Assembly (NCBI GenBank): GCA_027024255.1
Contig: JALVSQ010000034.1
Span: forward strand, 34,194 to 73,379
DNA: 39,186 nt
Source: Candidatus Micrarchaeota archaeon
GTDB taxonomy: Archaea; Micrarchaeota; Micrarchaeia; Anstonellales; J096
Direction: 5' to 3'
The notes below the pieces were generated by a model. The model saw only the letters and a list, made by a program, of their open reading frames with translations. It made no database searches and had not been told where the DNA came from. A program made the position numbers and the translations under genes. Of the stretch, positions 7,554 through 16,187 are shown piece by piece; the first letter of the stretch is position 1, and every line of letters starts with the position of its first letter.

Positions 7554-10500
7554 ATGAAGAACAGGTTGTTTTTCCTTTTGGCTTTGCTTACAGCACTATC
7601 CTTAGCAACACCTTTGCTTCAAGAAGGCACATCAGTTGATTTGAGTATTTCATCTTTAACAAACGAGCTTAATGTTAGCGTTCTTTACAAAGACATTGCT
7701 ATTCTTTACGATGAGTCTGGTAAGATAATAAAAGTTGACGATAACTCTCATTATTTGAAGGATGCTGTTGTAAAACTTTACTTTTTAGACGAAGATGGGA
7801 AAAAGAGACCTCTTACTGGTTGTCAGCAACTCATTACGAATCTTAAACGAGCAAAGAAGATAGAAATTGTGACTCCTTCAGGACCTACTTATAAGGTTGT
7901 TGATGAGTTTTATGCTAACTGCCATTTTTCTCCTCCTGTTTCAGATGGTTGTGTCCAAATATGGGCTGAGTTTGAAGGTTACATAGATAATAGCAAGGAA
8001 GTTTATCCTCCTTCATCAGGTGTTGGTTTATTTTGCAGGGGTAAATCAACAGTAACAGATATTCTTCCAGGTGTTTTGAACCAGTTTTTATTGAAGCAGT
8101 TAGCCAATCCAAGTCCTGGCTGTTTATCAGCTTTGATAATAATAGGGCTTGCAATGACTGCCTTTTACTACAGATACAAAACTACATTTGCAGGAGTGCT
8201 TGACTTAACGAGGCCCAAGATGCCTATGCCAGGAGAGATGAAGTACAGCTATACAGGCGTTGGTATGCATTCAATTGGAAAAGAGGGTCCAAATACTGTT
8301 GTAAATGCTATGGAAGGCAAGTGGAAGAAGGCATTGAGGAATAAAGGGTTTATTTTGTGGGCAGCGAGACTTGGTCTCTCAAGAGCAAAGCTCAAGGCAC
8401 TTTTTAAGTCAAAAAAGGCAAGTCTTGGTGCCCTTGTTGAACTTTACGAAAGAGGAATTAGTCATGGAGAGGTAAGAAGGCGTTTAAGAAGGTTACTTTC
8501 AGACGATACTGGAGAAGTCGTTTCTGCAATGAGAGAAGTGCACAAGGATGCCTCTGAAGCTATAAGAGCCTATGCAGCTTCAAAACAGGTTTTAGCAACT
8601 TATGGAGGCATTTATGAAAAGAAATCAAGATTTGCTAAGACTGTGTTTAAGGTCATTGATAAAATGAAGAAGGTTCCTGTTCTTAAGCCCCTTACTGTGC
8701 CTTTGAATAGATTTGCCACAGGTGTTCACAGAACATTTAAGCTGAACGCAAGGCTTTTCAGAGATGCCCTTGTTTTACCCCCTTTGCTTAGAAGGAGCCA
8801 GAGGTTCTGGAATTTTGTTACAAAGGCAAAGAGAAGAGGAGGAGGTCTGGGCTTTTTAGCAAAGGTTGCAGAGGGATTTGTCGGACATGAACCTGCTGTT
8901 GGCAAACTATTCTTAATAGATAAATTCTTTGAAGGAGGCGTTCAGACAAAGAGGCTTGAAGAGGCACTTGAAAGAAATCTTCTGGCTATTGCTCTTAAAC
9001 CCTTCTTAGAAAATGTCAAAGTAACAAAAGATCCTAAAACAGGAGAAAAAGTCAATATGGTTGAGCTTTTGTCCCCTGATAAAATAGCAGACCTTTATAA
9101 TGCTGAAACTTTCAAAAATAATCTTGAAAGAGCAATAACTGAGTTAGAAGCTTTAGATTTCAAGAGCAAAGCAAATAATGGTTACAGTGAATACATTGAA
9201 GGATTAAGGAATATAATTCAAAGTGATGAGACGGTTGCTGAAAAGGCAGAGGATATAAAATCCCTTCTTAAAGACTTCTCAAAGACAACAGGCGTTGATA
9301 CAAGCAATGAAATGAAGTATTTAGAGGCATTTAATGCTACATTTGATATGGCATACACACAGTATCAGGATTACTTAAATGCAGAATACGGGGGAGATAG
9401 AAGTAAAGACAATTATCAGGATGTTTTATTTACATTTCTTATGGCTGCTGTTAATGCGTTTGATAAGGTTGCGAGACAGCACTTTAAAGAACTGCCTTTC
9501 TACATAGGAAGGCAGTTTGAATATCTGAGTCACTCAGAGAAGGTATTGCAGGGCATAGCCAACGAGTTTTACAACCTCAATAAAAATAAGGATATGGTAG
9601 ATCAAATAAAGGACTACCAGAAGGCTAATGGAAAAAAGGAAGTTGGCCCTGGATTCAAGGATGCCTTTGGCCTGTTTGCTTTAAAGGAAATAACTGCTGC
9701 TTATGGTTATGTAAGTCCTGAAAATGTTGATTATGCTTATGGAAAAGTAAAGGAAAAAGGATGGGCAGAGGTCTTGTCCAAAGAAGGAAGGGAAGGATTA
9801 AAGAAGATGATGGAAGCTGTAAGGGATGTTTTAGTTAAACGTGTGCTTTTAGATGAATCAAAGTTTGCAGATATTGAAGGAATCATCGACCCTGTTTATC
9901 TCTTCAATAGATATGCGCTTGCAAACTACACCTTACCTGAGGCTGAGGAAGCAGTTAAGAGGGCAAAGGGGACACCTGAGGAAAGAGACATGGAGAAGAA
10001 ACTGGAAAGGTTAAAGCAGCTGGTTGAACAGGTTAGAAGCTTTGGAACAATGAAAGAGGAATTCAAGCAATTTGCAAGAGCTGAGGCCCTTTACAACTAC
10101 ATAGGAAGGGAAGAATCAAATCCTTACATACTTGGAGAATCTGTTGAGAAAATAGGATTTATGATTCCTGTTGTAGGAAAAACAGGTATCGAAGCAGCAA
10201 GAGATAATCCCATTTCAATATATTTCAGGAAAAACGGTCTGGATATAGGCATTGCGCTTGCCAAGGTTGGCATTACAGGTAGCGAAGACATAGAGGGTTA
10301 TCCCAGAAACTTCTATGAGTTCAGTTCCTTAGGTAACCTGCTCGTTGAAAAAACAGGTGTAAGAGAAATACCCATAGGTTTGCCTCCAAAGGAGTTAGAG
10401 AGCACTATTAAAGAACTTGTAAAAAGCAATGAAAAGATAAAGGAATTAAGAAACCAGCCCCTTGGAGAAAGGTTCATAGGGTTCCTTGGCACTGACCTGT

Positions 10501-13500
10501 CCCAAACAAAGTTGAAGGGTATTCTTACACTTTACTCCAACTTCACGCTTGGGGAAGCATCGCAGAACTACTTAACTATTAACAATATGCTTCAATCATT
10601 TAAGCTTTATATAGCAAGAAAAAGGGCAGAATCAAAAGGCACAACTGTTGAAGAGGAACTCAAAACAATAAGCATGGAGGACATCAAGGAGTTCCTGAGC
10701 CATGAAGAGAACAGACTAATAACATTGATGGATTTAGAAAAGGACCAGCTCTTTATGGTAAACAAAGACGGAGATGTTATTCCTTTTGAAGATATTGTTC
10801 TTCCTCAAAAGCAGTTTGTTGATTTTTATGTTGATGCCTTTTATGCAGCAAAGGAGGCAGTTGAAGGTGTTGATTACAGTGCTGAGAAAAATGCATACAA
10901 AAATGCCCTGGATGAGGTTTACAAAGAAATAGGAAAGTACGGTTCATTAAGAAAATGGAGGGAGGCTCATGAGGAAGATAAAAGCATTGTTTCCCTTGGA
11001 ACACCAGAGTATGATAAATTGCTGAATCTGGAAAGCAATGTTAGAGATTTTGAGGAAGTGCTTTCAGGCATGGGTCTTACAGCAGGTATGTGGACAGTTA
11101 GTGCTGGATATACCCCCATTAATCTTGATTACAAGGTTGTTATGGATGGCAAAGTTGTTAACATGCTTGAGATTGAAAAACTGGCAAAGAAGGACATGCC
11201 CAAGGTGGTTGAAGCCCTGGAAACAGAGTGGATGTCACCTGCTGATAAAAAAGCATTGAAGAGGATTATTAAATCTGAAGAGCTTACTCCAAACCAGAAA
11301 TCAGAGCTTGAGAACCTGCTTGAAACAAAGCTTGGCTATTCAAAGGAGGAGGCAAAGGCAATAGCAGAGTTTTTGTCCAATAAAAAGAAGTTGAGAGAAG
11401 AAGCTGAAAGACTTGCAGGGGCTGGGTTTACACTCCTTATGCTTTTATCCGGCAGAATACCTGATTTGAATGAGATAAAAAAAGAGGATAAGGTTGCAAT
11501 TAACCAGCTTCTGGAGAAAATACTGAAAGGTATTCTTCCGAATCCAACCATAGAGAATGTGATCAATCTACTTAAAAGCTCTGACCCTTCCAAGGATGCA
11601 CTTAAGAAGGATATAAAGAATGCTTTGAGAAAGGCAAAGGATGATTTAACAAACCTTGGCAAGTTACCAGATATAATAAAGAGAGCCATAAAGGCAAAGT
11701 TGAGTGTTCTTGATGCTCCTGAATTACTTGACAACTCAAAGCTTCTGGAGCCTTTGCTTGAAAGAGTTGTTTCTAACTGGGCGAGTTTGCCCGAGGCTGA
11801 GAGACAAAGGTTAACAGAACAAGTAACCAATTTCTTGATAAAGGAAGTCAGGGAAAGAAGAGGTGGAAAACCCCTCCTGAGTGATTTACAGTTTAAGTAC
11901 TTAATCAAGGTTGCAAATAGAGAAGTAGACTGGACTCCTGAGGTAAAGAAGGAGATAATGGATATTCAGGATAAGTTGATAAGCATGGGTAGAGAAGATA
12001 TGGCATTCAAGATAGGTAGGTGGATTTCAGATGCCACAAGTGATTTTGATTTAGTGCTCAGGGTAGCAACAGGCAGGAAGGTATTCATGGGCTCAACACC
12101 CCAGGTTAGAAAAAGCATAATCAGAAGGTTATTCTCTAACTTTACCCATGATTCATTGAGAGAAAGTTTAACATTTGCTGCTGATGCTGTTAGTTATTTG
12201 GGCTTTGATTTAGCCAAGCATTTCCTCTACAACATTTATGCGAGACCCTTATGGGAGATGACAGGGCCTGAAATGCTCAACATGCATTACTTACAGGGAG
12301 ATTATTCAAGGGCATGGATGCATGGCATTCTCTACAAAAGATCTCTTTTAGCAAAGGCAAAAGAGGGAAGACTTACAAAAGAAGATAGAAAGGTGTTGTC
12401 TGCTCTGGAAAGATTCTTTACAATTGCAGAATGGCACCAGACAAGAGAGCCGGGCCACATAACCTACAACATGGTTGATAGAATTAGCAGATGGGCCAAG
12501 TTAGCAGCAACATACCATGCAAGAATGAGTCAGTTCCACCCAGCATGGTTTGAAGATATTTACAAGAACTTTGTTCCTTACAGGCATTCAAGCATGGGAT
12601 TTGGTATTATGTCAAGACTTTTAGCTGCGGCATCTTACAGCGCTGCTGTTGTTGGCTCAAAAGCTCAGAGCAGAGCTGTGCTCATGCTTAGAGGTATTAA
12701 CAAATCATTTGCTTATCACACAGGCGTTGATATTGCTTATATAAGAGATAAGGAACTTTTAGATAAGCTGGCAAAAGAGATGGCGAGGAGATATGGGGTT
12801 AGTTCAACAGACAAGGAAAAGATAAGGGCCTTCAGGTCAGCACTTGAAACATACATTTACAGAGGACATATGAGAGGGCCGAAGCATGCTTACATATACA
12901 AGCACAATGTTATTGAGGAAAGAAGAATATTTGATGAGATTGAAGGTATTATGAGGTCCTTACCTTACACAAAGGAAGAGAGGGCCATTCCTGATGTTGC
13001 AAGGGGCCTTTCCCATGTCTTCCAACATGGCCTTGGCTTTCTCACATCAAGCTTCTTTACAATGGCTGCTGGAGCCACATGGCTCAGCTCTGCATTGGGT
13101 CTTGGACCTGTTGGAGGAATTGCTTACATAGGTGCTTCATTGTTAAAGCCCAGGTGGGGATGGTCTTTTGTTGAAAGGGTTGAAACAGGTGTTGCTACAA
13201 GAGGTGGTTCCACACTGGATATGTGGGAGAGCAAGAAAGGAGGGTTAAGCAGATTACTGGGTAAAGTTCTGGGAGTTGGAGTTGGTCCCTTTATGGGATA
13301 TGAGGCAACAGGCATTGCTGATTTGTTTGAAAAGGTTGATGGATTCAGGCCTCAGGCAGCGTTTGCAGGATGGTACACAGGCACATTAGGTGCTTACCAT
13401 GATATTCCTGGCTACATGTATTATCAGTATCCAACAGGTTTGATGGGGTTAGAGCCATGGGTGTTCAGGCAGGGTATATTTGAAAGAGGTTTTGGAGGAG

Positions 13501-14081
13501 AATTTTACACAGGTAGTGAAGCTTATATGTCTTACAGATTATTCCAGCAACACCATATTCCTTTAATGGAGAGGTATTTAGAAGGACTCAAAGAGCTCTC
13601 AGGTTTCGAGCCTTATTACAACTATCCTTATGGATTCTTTTCATACGCTTTATTCCTGCCCTGGCTGGGTTACCTGGCTAATTCTCTGGTTGTTCCCCTG
13701 GCTATGAAGGTAGCCTCTCCTGTGTCAGATACATGGCATGAAGCAAAGGCAAGATGGAGATATGTTTCAAGGGCAAAAAGGTTTGGGTTTGGCTCAGAGA
13801 TGCTGCCTCATGAGGCATCGTCCTCACGAATAGGAGCAGTTACATCTGCATTAAGCCATACAGGTGTTGGCAAAGGTCTTCTTGCTGTTGCTGGAGCAGG
13901 AGCAGCAGTTGGATTGGGGGCCATTAGCCTGGGTGGATTGGCCTTTGGTGCTCAAACACTTCTACTTTCAAGTTATTTAAGAAAAGGAAACTACACATAC
14001 TGCCCTGTTTGTGGAAGAAAGAAACCAAGAGGGCTTCCATGTCCTCATTGTGGATATACTCCTTCAAGCTACATGTTTTGA
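7554..14081 (+). CDS. giant (about 2,175 aa) orphan membrane protein: signal peptide, Cys-containing ectodomain, TM helix, about 1,700-aa helical region, C-terminal multi-TM Gly/aromatic module, terminal zinc ribbon
   Basis: A single uninterrupted ORF of 6.5 kb. N-terminus: MKNRLFFLLALLTALSLA. TM helix CLSALIIIGLAMTAFYY at about 8121-8171. Hydrophobic, Gly-rich segments run from about 13030 to 13980. CPVCGRKKPRGLPCPHCG lies at 14001-14051. I recognise no known catalytic or adhesin domain. The ORF track starts at the TTG at 7551; the ATG at 7554 is preferred. Confidence 0.8.
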   Translation: MKNRLFFLLALLTALSLATPLLQEGTSVDLSISSLTNELNVSVLYKDIAILYDESGKIIKVDDNSHYLKDAVVKLYFLDEDGKKRPLTGCQQLITNLKRAKKIEIVTPSGPTYKVVDEFYANCHFSPPVSDGCVQIWAEFEGYIDNSKEVYPPSSGVGLFCRGKSTVTDILPGVLNQFLLKQLANPSPGCLSALIIIGLAMTAFYYRYKTTFAGVLDLTRPKMPMPGEMKYSYTGVGMHSIGKEGPNTVVNAMEGKWKKALRNKGFILWAARLGLSRAKLKALFKSKKASLGALVELYERGISHGEVRRRLRRLLSDDTGEVVSAMREVHKDASEAIRAYAASKQVLATYGGIYEKKSRFAKTVFKVIDKMKKVPVLKPLTVPLNRFATGVHRTFKLNARLFRDALVLPPLLRRSQRFWNFVTKAKRRGGGLGFLAKVAEGFVGHEPAVGKLFLIDKFFEGGVQTKRLEEALERNLLAIALKPFLENVKVTKDPKTGEKVNMVELLSPDKIADLYNAETFKNNLERAITELEALDFKSKANNGYSEYIEGLRNIIQSDETVAEKAEDIKSLLKDFSKTTGVDTSNEMKYLEAFNATFDMAYTQYQDYLNAEYGGDRSKDNYQDVLFTFLMAAVNAFDKVARQHFKELPFYIGRQFEYLSHSEKVLQGIANEFYNLNKNKDMVDQIKDYQKANGKKEVGPGFKDAFGLFALKEITAAYGYVSPENVDYAYGKVKEKGWAEVLSKEGREGLKKMMEAVRDVLVKRVLLDESKFADIEGIIDPVYLFNRYALANYTLPEAEEAVKRAKGTPEERDMEKKLERLKQLVEQVRSFGTMKEEFKQFARAEALYNYIGREESNPYILGESVEKIGFMIPVVGKTGIEAARDNPISIYFRKNGLDIGIALAKVGITGSEDIEGYPRNFYEFSSLGNLLVEKTGVREIPIGLPPKELESTIKELVKSNEKIKELRNQPLGERFIGFLGTDLSQTKLKGILTLYSNFTLGEASQNYLTINNMLQSFKLYIARKRAESKGTTVEEELKTISMEDIKEFLSHEENRLITLMDLEKDQLFMVNKDGDVIPFEDIVLPQKQFVDFYVDAFYAAKEAVEGVDYSAEKNAYKNALDEVYKEIGKYGSLRKWREAHEEDKSIVSLGTPEYDKLLNLESNVRDFEEVLSGMGLTAGMWTVSAGYTPINLDYKVVMDGKVVNMLEIEKLAKKDMPKVVEALETEWMSPADKKALKRIIKSEELTPNQKSELENLLETKLGYSKEEAKAIAEFLSNKKKLREEAERLAGAGFTLLMLLSGRIPDLNEIKKEDKVAINQLLEKILKGILPNPTIENVINLLKSSDPSKDALKKDIKNALRKAKDDLTNLGKLPDIIKRAIKAKLSVLDAPELLDNSKLLEPLLERVVSNWASLPEAERQRLTEQVTNFLIKEVRERRGGKPLLSDLQFKYLIKVANREVDWTPEVKKEIMDIQDKLISMGREDMAFKIGRWISDATSDFDLVLRVATGRKVFMGSTPQVRKSIIRRLFSNFTHDSLRESLTFAADAVSYLGFDLAKHFLYNIYARPLWEMTGPEMLNMHYLQGDYSRAWMHGILYKRSLLAKAKEGRLTKEDRKVLSALERFFTIAEWHQTREPGHITYNMVDRISRWAKLAATYHARMSQFHPAWFEDIYKNFVPYRHSSMGFGIMSRLLAAASYSAAVVGSKAQSRAVLMLRGINKSFAYHTGVDIAYIRDKELLDKLAKEMARRYGVSSTDKEKIRAFRSALETYIYRGHMRGPKHAYIYKHNVIEERRIFDEIEGIMRSLPYTKEERAIPDVARGLSHVFQHGLGFLTSSFFTMAAGATWLSSALGLGPVGGIAYIGASLLKPRWGWSFVERVETGVATRGGSTLDMWESKKGGLSRLLGKVLGVGVGPFMGYEATGIADLFEKVDGFRPQAAFAGWYTGTLGAYHDIPGYMYYQYPTGLMGLEPWVFRQGIFERGFGGEFYTGSEAYMSYRLFQQHHIPLMERYLEGLKELSGFEPYYNYPYGFFSYALFLPWLGYLANSLVVPLAMKVASPVSDTWHEAKARWRYVSRAKRFGFGSEMLPHEASSSRIGAVTSALSHTGVGKGLLAVAGAGAAVGLGAISLGGLAFGAQTLLLSSYLRKGNYTYCPVCGRKKPRGLPCPHCGYTPSSYMF

Positions 14082-14085
14082 TAGG

Positions 14086-14099
14086 TTTTTAAATATTTT
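14086..14099 (+). promoter_or_regulatory. TATA-box-like element for the 244-aa ORF
   Basis: tttttaaatatttt is centred about 26 nt upstream of the ATG at 14118. Confidence 0.4.
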
Positions 14100-14117
14100 G
14101 TGTTAAATAATGTAATT

Positions 14118-14852
14118 ATGAGGAATTTGTCTACTCAACTACTTAAAGATAAAAGAAACAAAGAATTAAAACCACAGGTTGGGTTTACTAAGATTGGCGA
14201 GACAGAATTCTCTATTAAGTTCAGAAGGGCCAGATTCATAACAAAGAACGGAAGGCCTTTACTCATTCCTTATAAAGAAAGCCCTGTTATTGAAGTCCCT
14301 AAGTTTTCAGGAAATGAAAGAGATGCCCTCCTCTTTGGATTGGCTCTGGCATCATTTGGCACAGAGGTTGATATTTACTTCACAAATGAAGAACTTAGAC
14401 TTAGAGAAGGGTTGTTTAAAGAAGAAGGTGATGGGTTTATATTCAAGGGTATGCATGTCTGGTTTAATGAGGAGTATATGATGAGCGGTTTTTTAAATTA
14501 TACTTGGCATGGAAAGGTGGATTATCTCCTTCTGTTATCTAAAAGGCAGTACCTTATCCGTAATGAAACAAATCCTTATTACTCCTTTATATCAGGTGCT
14601 TTGAGAAAGTTGGCTGAAACACTTGCTAAAGTCTTTTTCAGCCAGGAATTTTTGTTAAGTGAATTCGGAATTAGTAACAATCTTTCATCAAGAACAATGC
14701 TTTACAATGGCTTACTTTCTCTTTTAAGCGAGTTTGACTTAATTGCTCCTGTTGTTGAATGCTCTGTTAAGGATAGCAGAAATGTACTTGTTAGAGTTAG
14801 AGGTTTTACTTCAAAAGGATTAAAAGAAAAGGAAGAAAGTGTTCATCTCTAA
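14118..14852 (+). CDS. hypothetical cytoplasmic protein (244 aa), unknown family
   Basis: A long ORF immediately downstream of the giant gene, with no TM segment and no signal. The ATG at 14118 (MRNLSTQ) is preferred over the GTG at 14100 because of the TATA spacing. Confidence 0.55.
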   Translation: MRNLSTQLLKDKRNKELKPQVGFTKIGETEFSIKFRRARFITKNGRPLLIPYKESPVIEVPKFSGNERDALLFGLALASFGTEVDIYFTNEELRLREGLFKEEGDGFIFKGMHVWFNEEYMMSGFLNYTWHGKVDYLLLLSKRQYLIRNETNPYYSFISGALRKLAETLAKVFFSQEFLLSEFGISNNLSSRTMLYNGLLSLLSEFDLIAPVVECSVKDSRNVLVRVRGFTSKGLKEKEESVHL

Positions 14853-15805
14853 TCCCTTATGCCCTCTGCTGTTACTTTAAACACTACCTCTCTTTCAGGC
14901 AGGTTAGGAGAATCAACAAGTCTGGCAATCCTTTTTTCTTCTTTGCTCTTTCTTAAATAAACCCTGTATGTTGCTGCATGAGCCAGTACATGCCCACCTA
15001 TGGGTGTTGTTGGGTCTCCGAACATAATTGCAGGATTATCCATCACCTGGTTTGTGAAGTAAACAGCCACATTGAATTTATCTGCTATTCTCTGCAATGA
15101 ATGAATATGGGCATTGAGCTTCTGCTGTCTTTCTCCAAGAGAACCTCTGCCTATGTACTCAGCCCTGAAATGGGATGTTAATGAATCAACCACAACGAGT
15201 TTTATAGGCTCTTTCTTTATCAGGTTTTCGAGTTTCTCGACTAACAGTATTTGATGGTCGCTGCTTTCAGCTCTCATTACAAATATGTTTTCAAGCACTT
15301 TTTTTGGGTCAAGCTTTAAAGCCTCGGCCATCTGCTTTATTCTGTCTGGCCTGAATGTGCCTTCTGTATCTATGAATGCAACCTTTCCTTCAAGTCCTCC
15401 TTTTTCAACAGGCAGCTGAACATTAACGCTCAGCTGAAAGCCAACCTGGCTTTTTCCACTGCTGAATTTACCGAAGAATTCTGTTAAGGACTGGGTTTCA
15501 ACACCTCCTCCAAGCAGTTCATCAAGCTTCTTTGAGCCTGTTGTTATCTTTCCTATTGTTTTTCTTCTTTCTAAAAGTTCCCAGCCTGTTGTATAATCAA
15601 CTTCAACAGCATTTTTTGCTGCTTCGATTATCTTCTTTGCCTTTTCAACGCTTATCTCAACTGCCTCAGCCAATTCAAAAGGTGTTGAGGCAGCAATGCT
15701 TGCTACATCTGAATAACCTGCATTGCTGAGCTTCTCTGCAATTGCTGGTCCAACACCAGGCAAATCCTCAATGTCTTTTATGACCTTGTAATTGCTTTTA
15801 GCCAT
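14849..15805 (-). CDS. radA: DNA repair and recombination protein RadA
   Basis: N-terminal helix-hairpin-helix [18 protein letters not shown], Walker [10 protein letters not shown] and Walker [16 protein letters not shown]. 318 aa. Confidence 0.93.
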   Translation of the reverse strand: MAKSNYKVIKDIEDLPGVGPAIAEKLSNAGYSDVASIAASTPFELAEAVEISVEKAKKIIEAAKNAVEVDYTTGWELLERRKTIGKITTGSKKLDELLGGGVETQSLTEFFGKFSSGKSQVGFQLSVNVQLPVEKGGLEGKVAFIDTEGTFRPDRIKQMAEALKLDPKKVLENIFVMRAESSDHQILLVEKLENLIKKEPIKLVVVDSLTSHFRAEYIGRGSLGERQQKLNAHIHSLQRIADKFNVAVYFTNQVMDNPAIMFGDPTTPIGGHVLAHAATYRVYLRKSKEEKRIARLVDSPNLPEREVVFKVTAEGIRD

Positions 15806-15814
15806 TGTCCCACC

Positions 15815-16072
15815 TCACTGGTTGTTTCTGAAGACTAAAAGCCTTAGCTCACCTATCTTTAGCACATAGAACTCGTTGCCATTTTTGCTTACCTGCTTCC
15901 ACATTGCACCAACAGACCTGTAAACAGTGTTTCCGTTCTGGTCTTTATCTGGCTGTACAACTCTAAACTCAGGTCTTGTTCCACCTTTCTTCTCCACATT
16001 CTCTGTGGTTTTTTCATTGTTTGTCTCTTCAAGACTAACCTCTTCATATCCTTCAAGTGTTTCTTCTGTCAT
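15815..16072 (-). CDS. small protein (85 aa) with an acidic N-terminus and a beta-rich C-terminus, co-transcribed upstream of radA; unknown function
   Basis: The ATG at 16072 is preceded by AGGTGGA. The C-terminal block YRSVGAMWKQVSKNGNEFYVLKIG reminds me of DUF736-type proteins (from memory only). The upstream TTG-initiated extension to 16135 uses GC-rich Gly/Arg codons atypical for this genome. Confidence 0.55.
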   Translation of the reverse strand: MTEETLEGYEEVSLEETNNEKTTENVEKKGGTRPEFRVVQPDKDQNGNTVYRSVGAMWKQVSKNGNEFYVLKIGELRLLVFRNNQ

Positions 16073-16187
16073 GTTTCCACCTGGGCCTTCCCCTCGGCCC
16101 CCTGCTTGCCGCAGGTATTGTTTTGCGCCAAGCAATTCCCTAAGGTTTTTGGTTATATAAAAACCTTTCGGGACATGATTGCCAGTG

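Noticed and set aside
8025-8051. A GLFCRGKST match to the Walker A pattern GxxxxGK[ST] in the N-terminal part of the giant ORF.
   Set aside because: It lies in the predicted extracellular segment between the signal peptide and the TM helix. It is not preceded by a hydrophobic beta strand and has no Walker B-like partner, so it is most likely a chance match.
11336-11908. A 190-aa antisense ORF inside the giant gene, along with other antisense ORFs at 7915-8154, 10777-11004 and 13124-13315.
   Set aside because: They are fully embedded opposite a long, continuous ORF. Their Ser/Leu/Phe-rich composition is what reading K/E-rich codons in reverse produces. They have no Shine-Dalgarno or TATA context.
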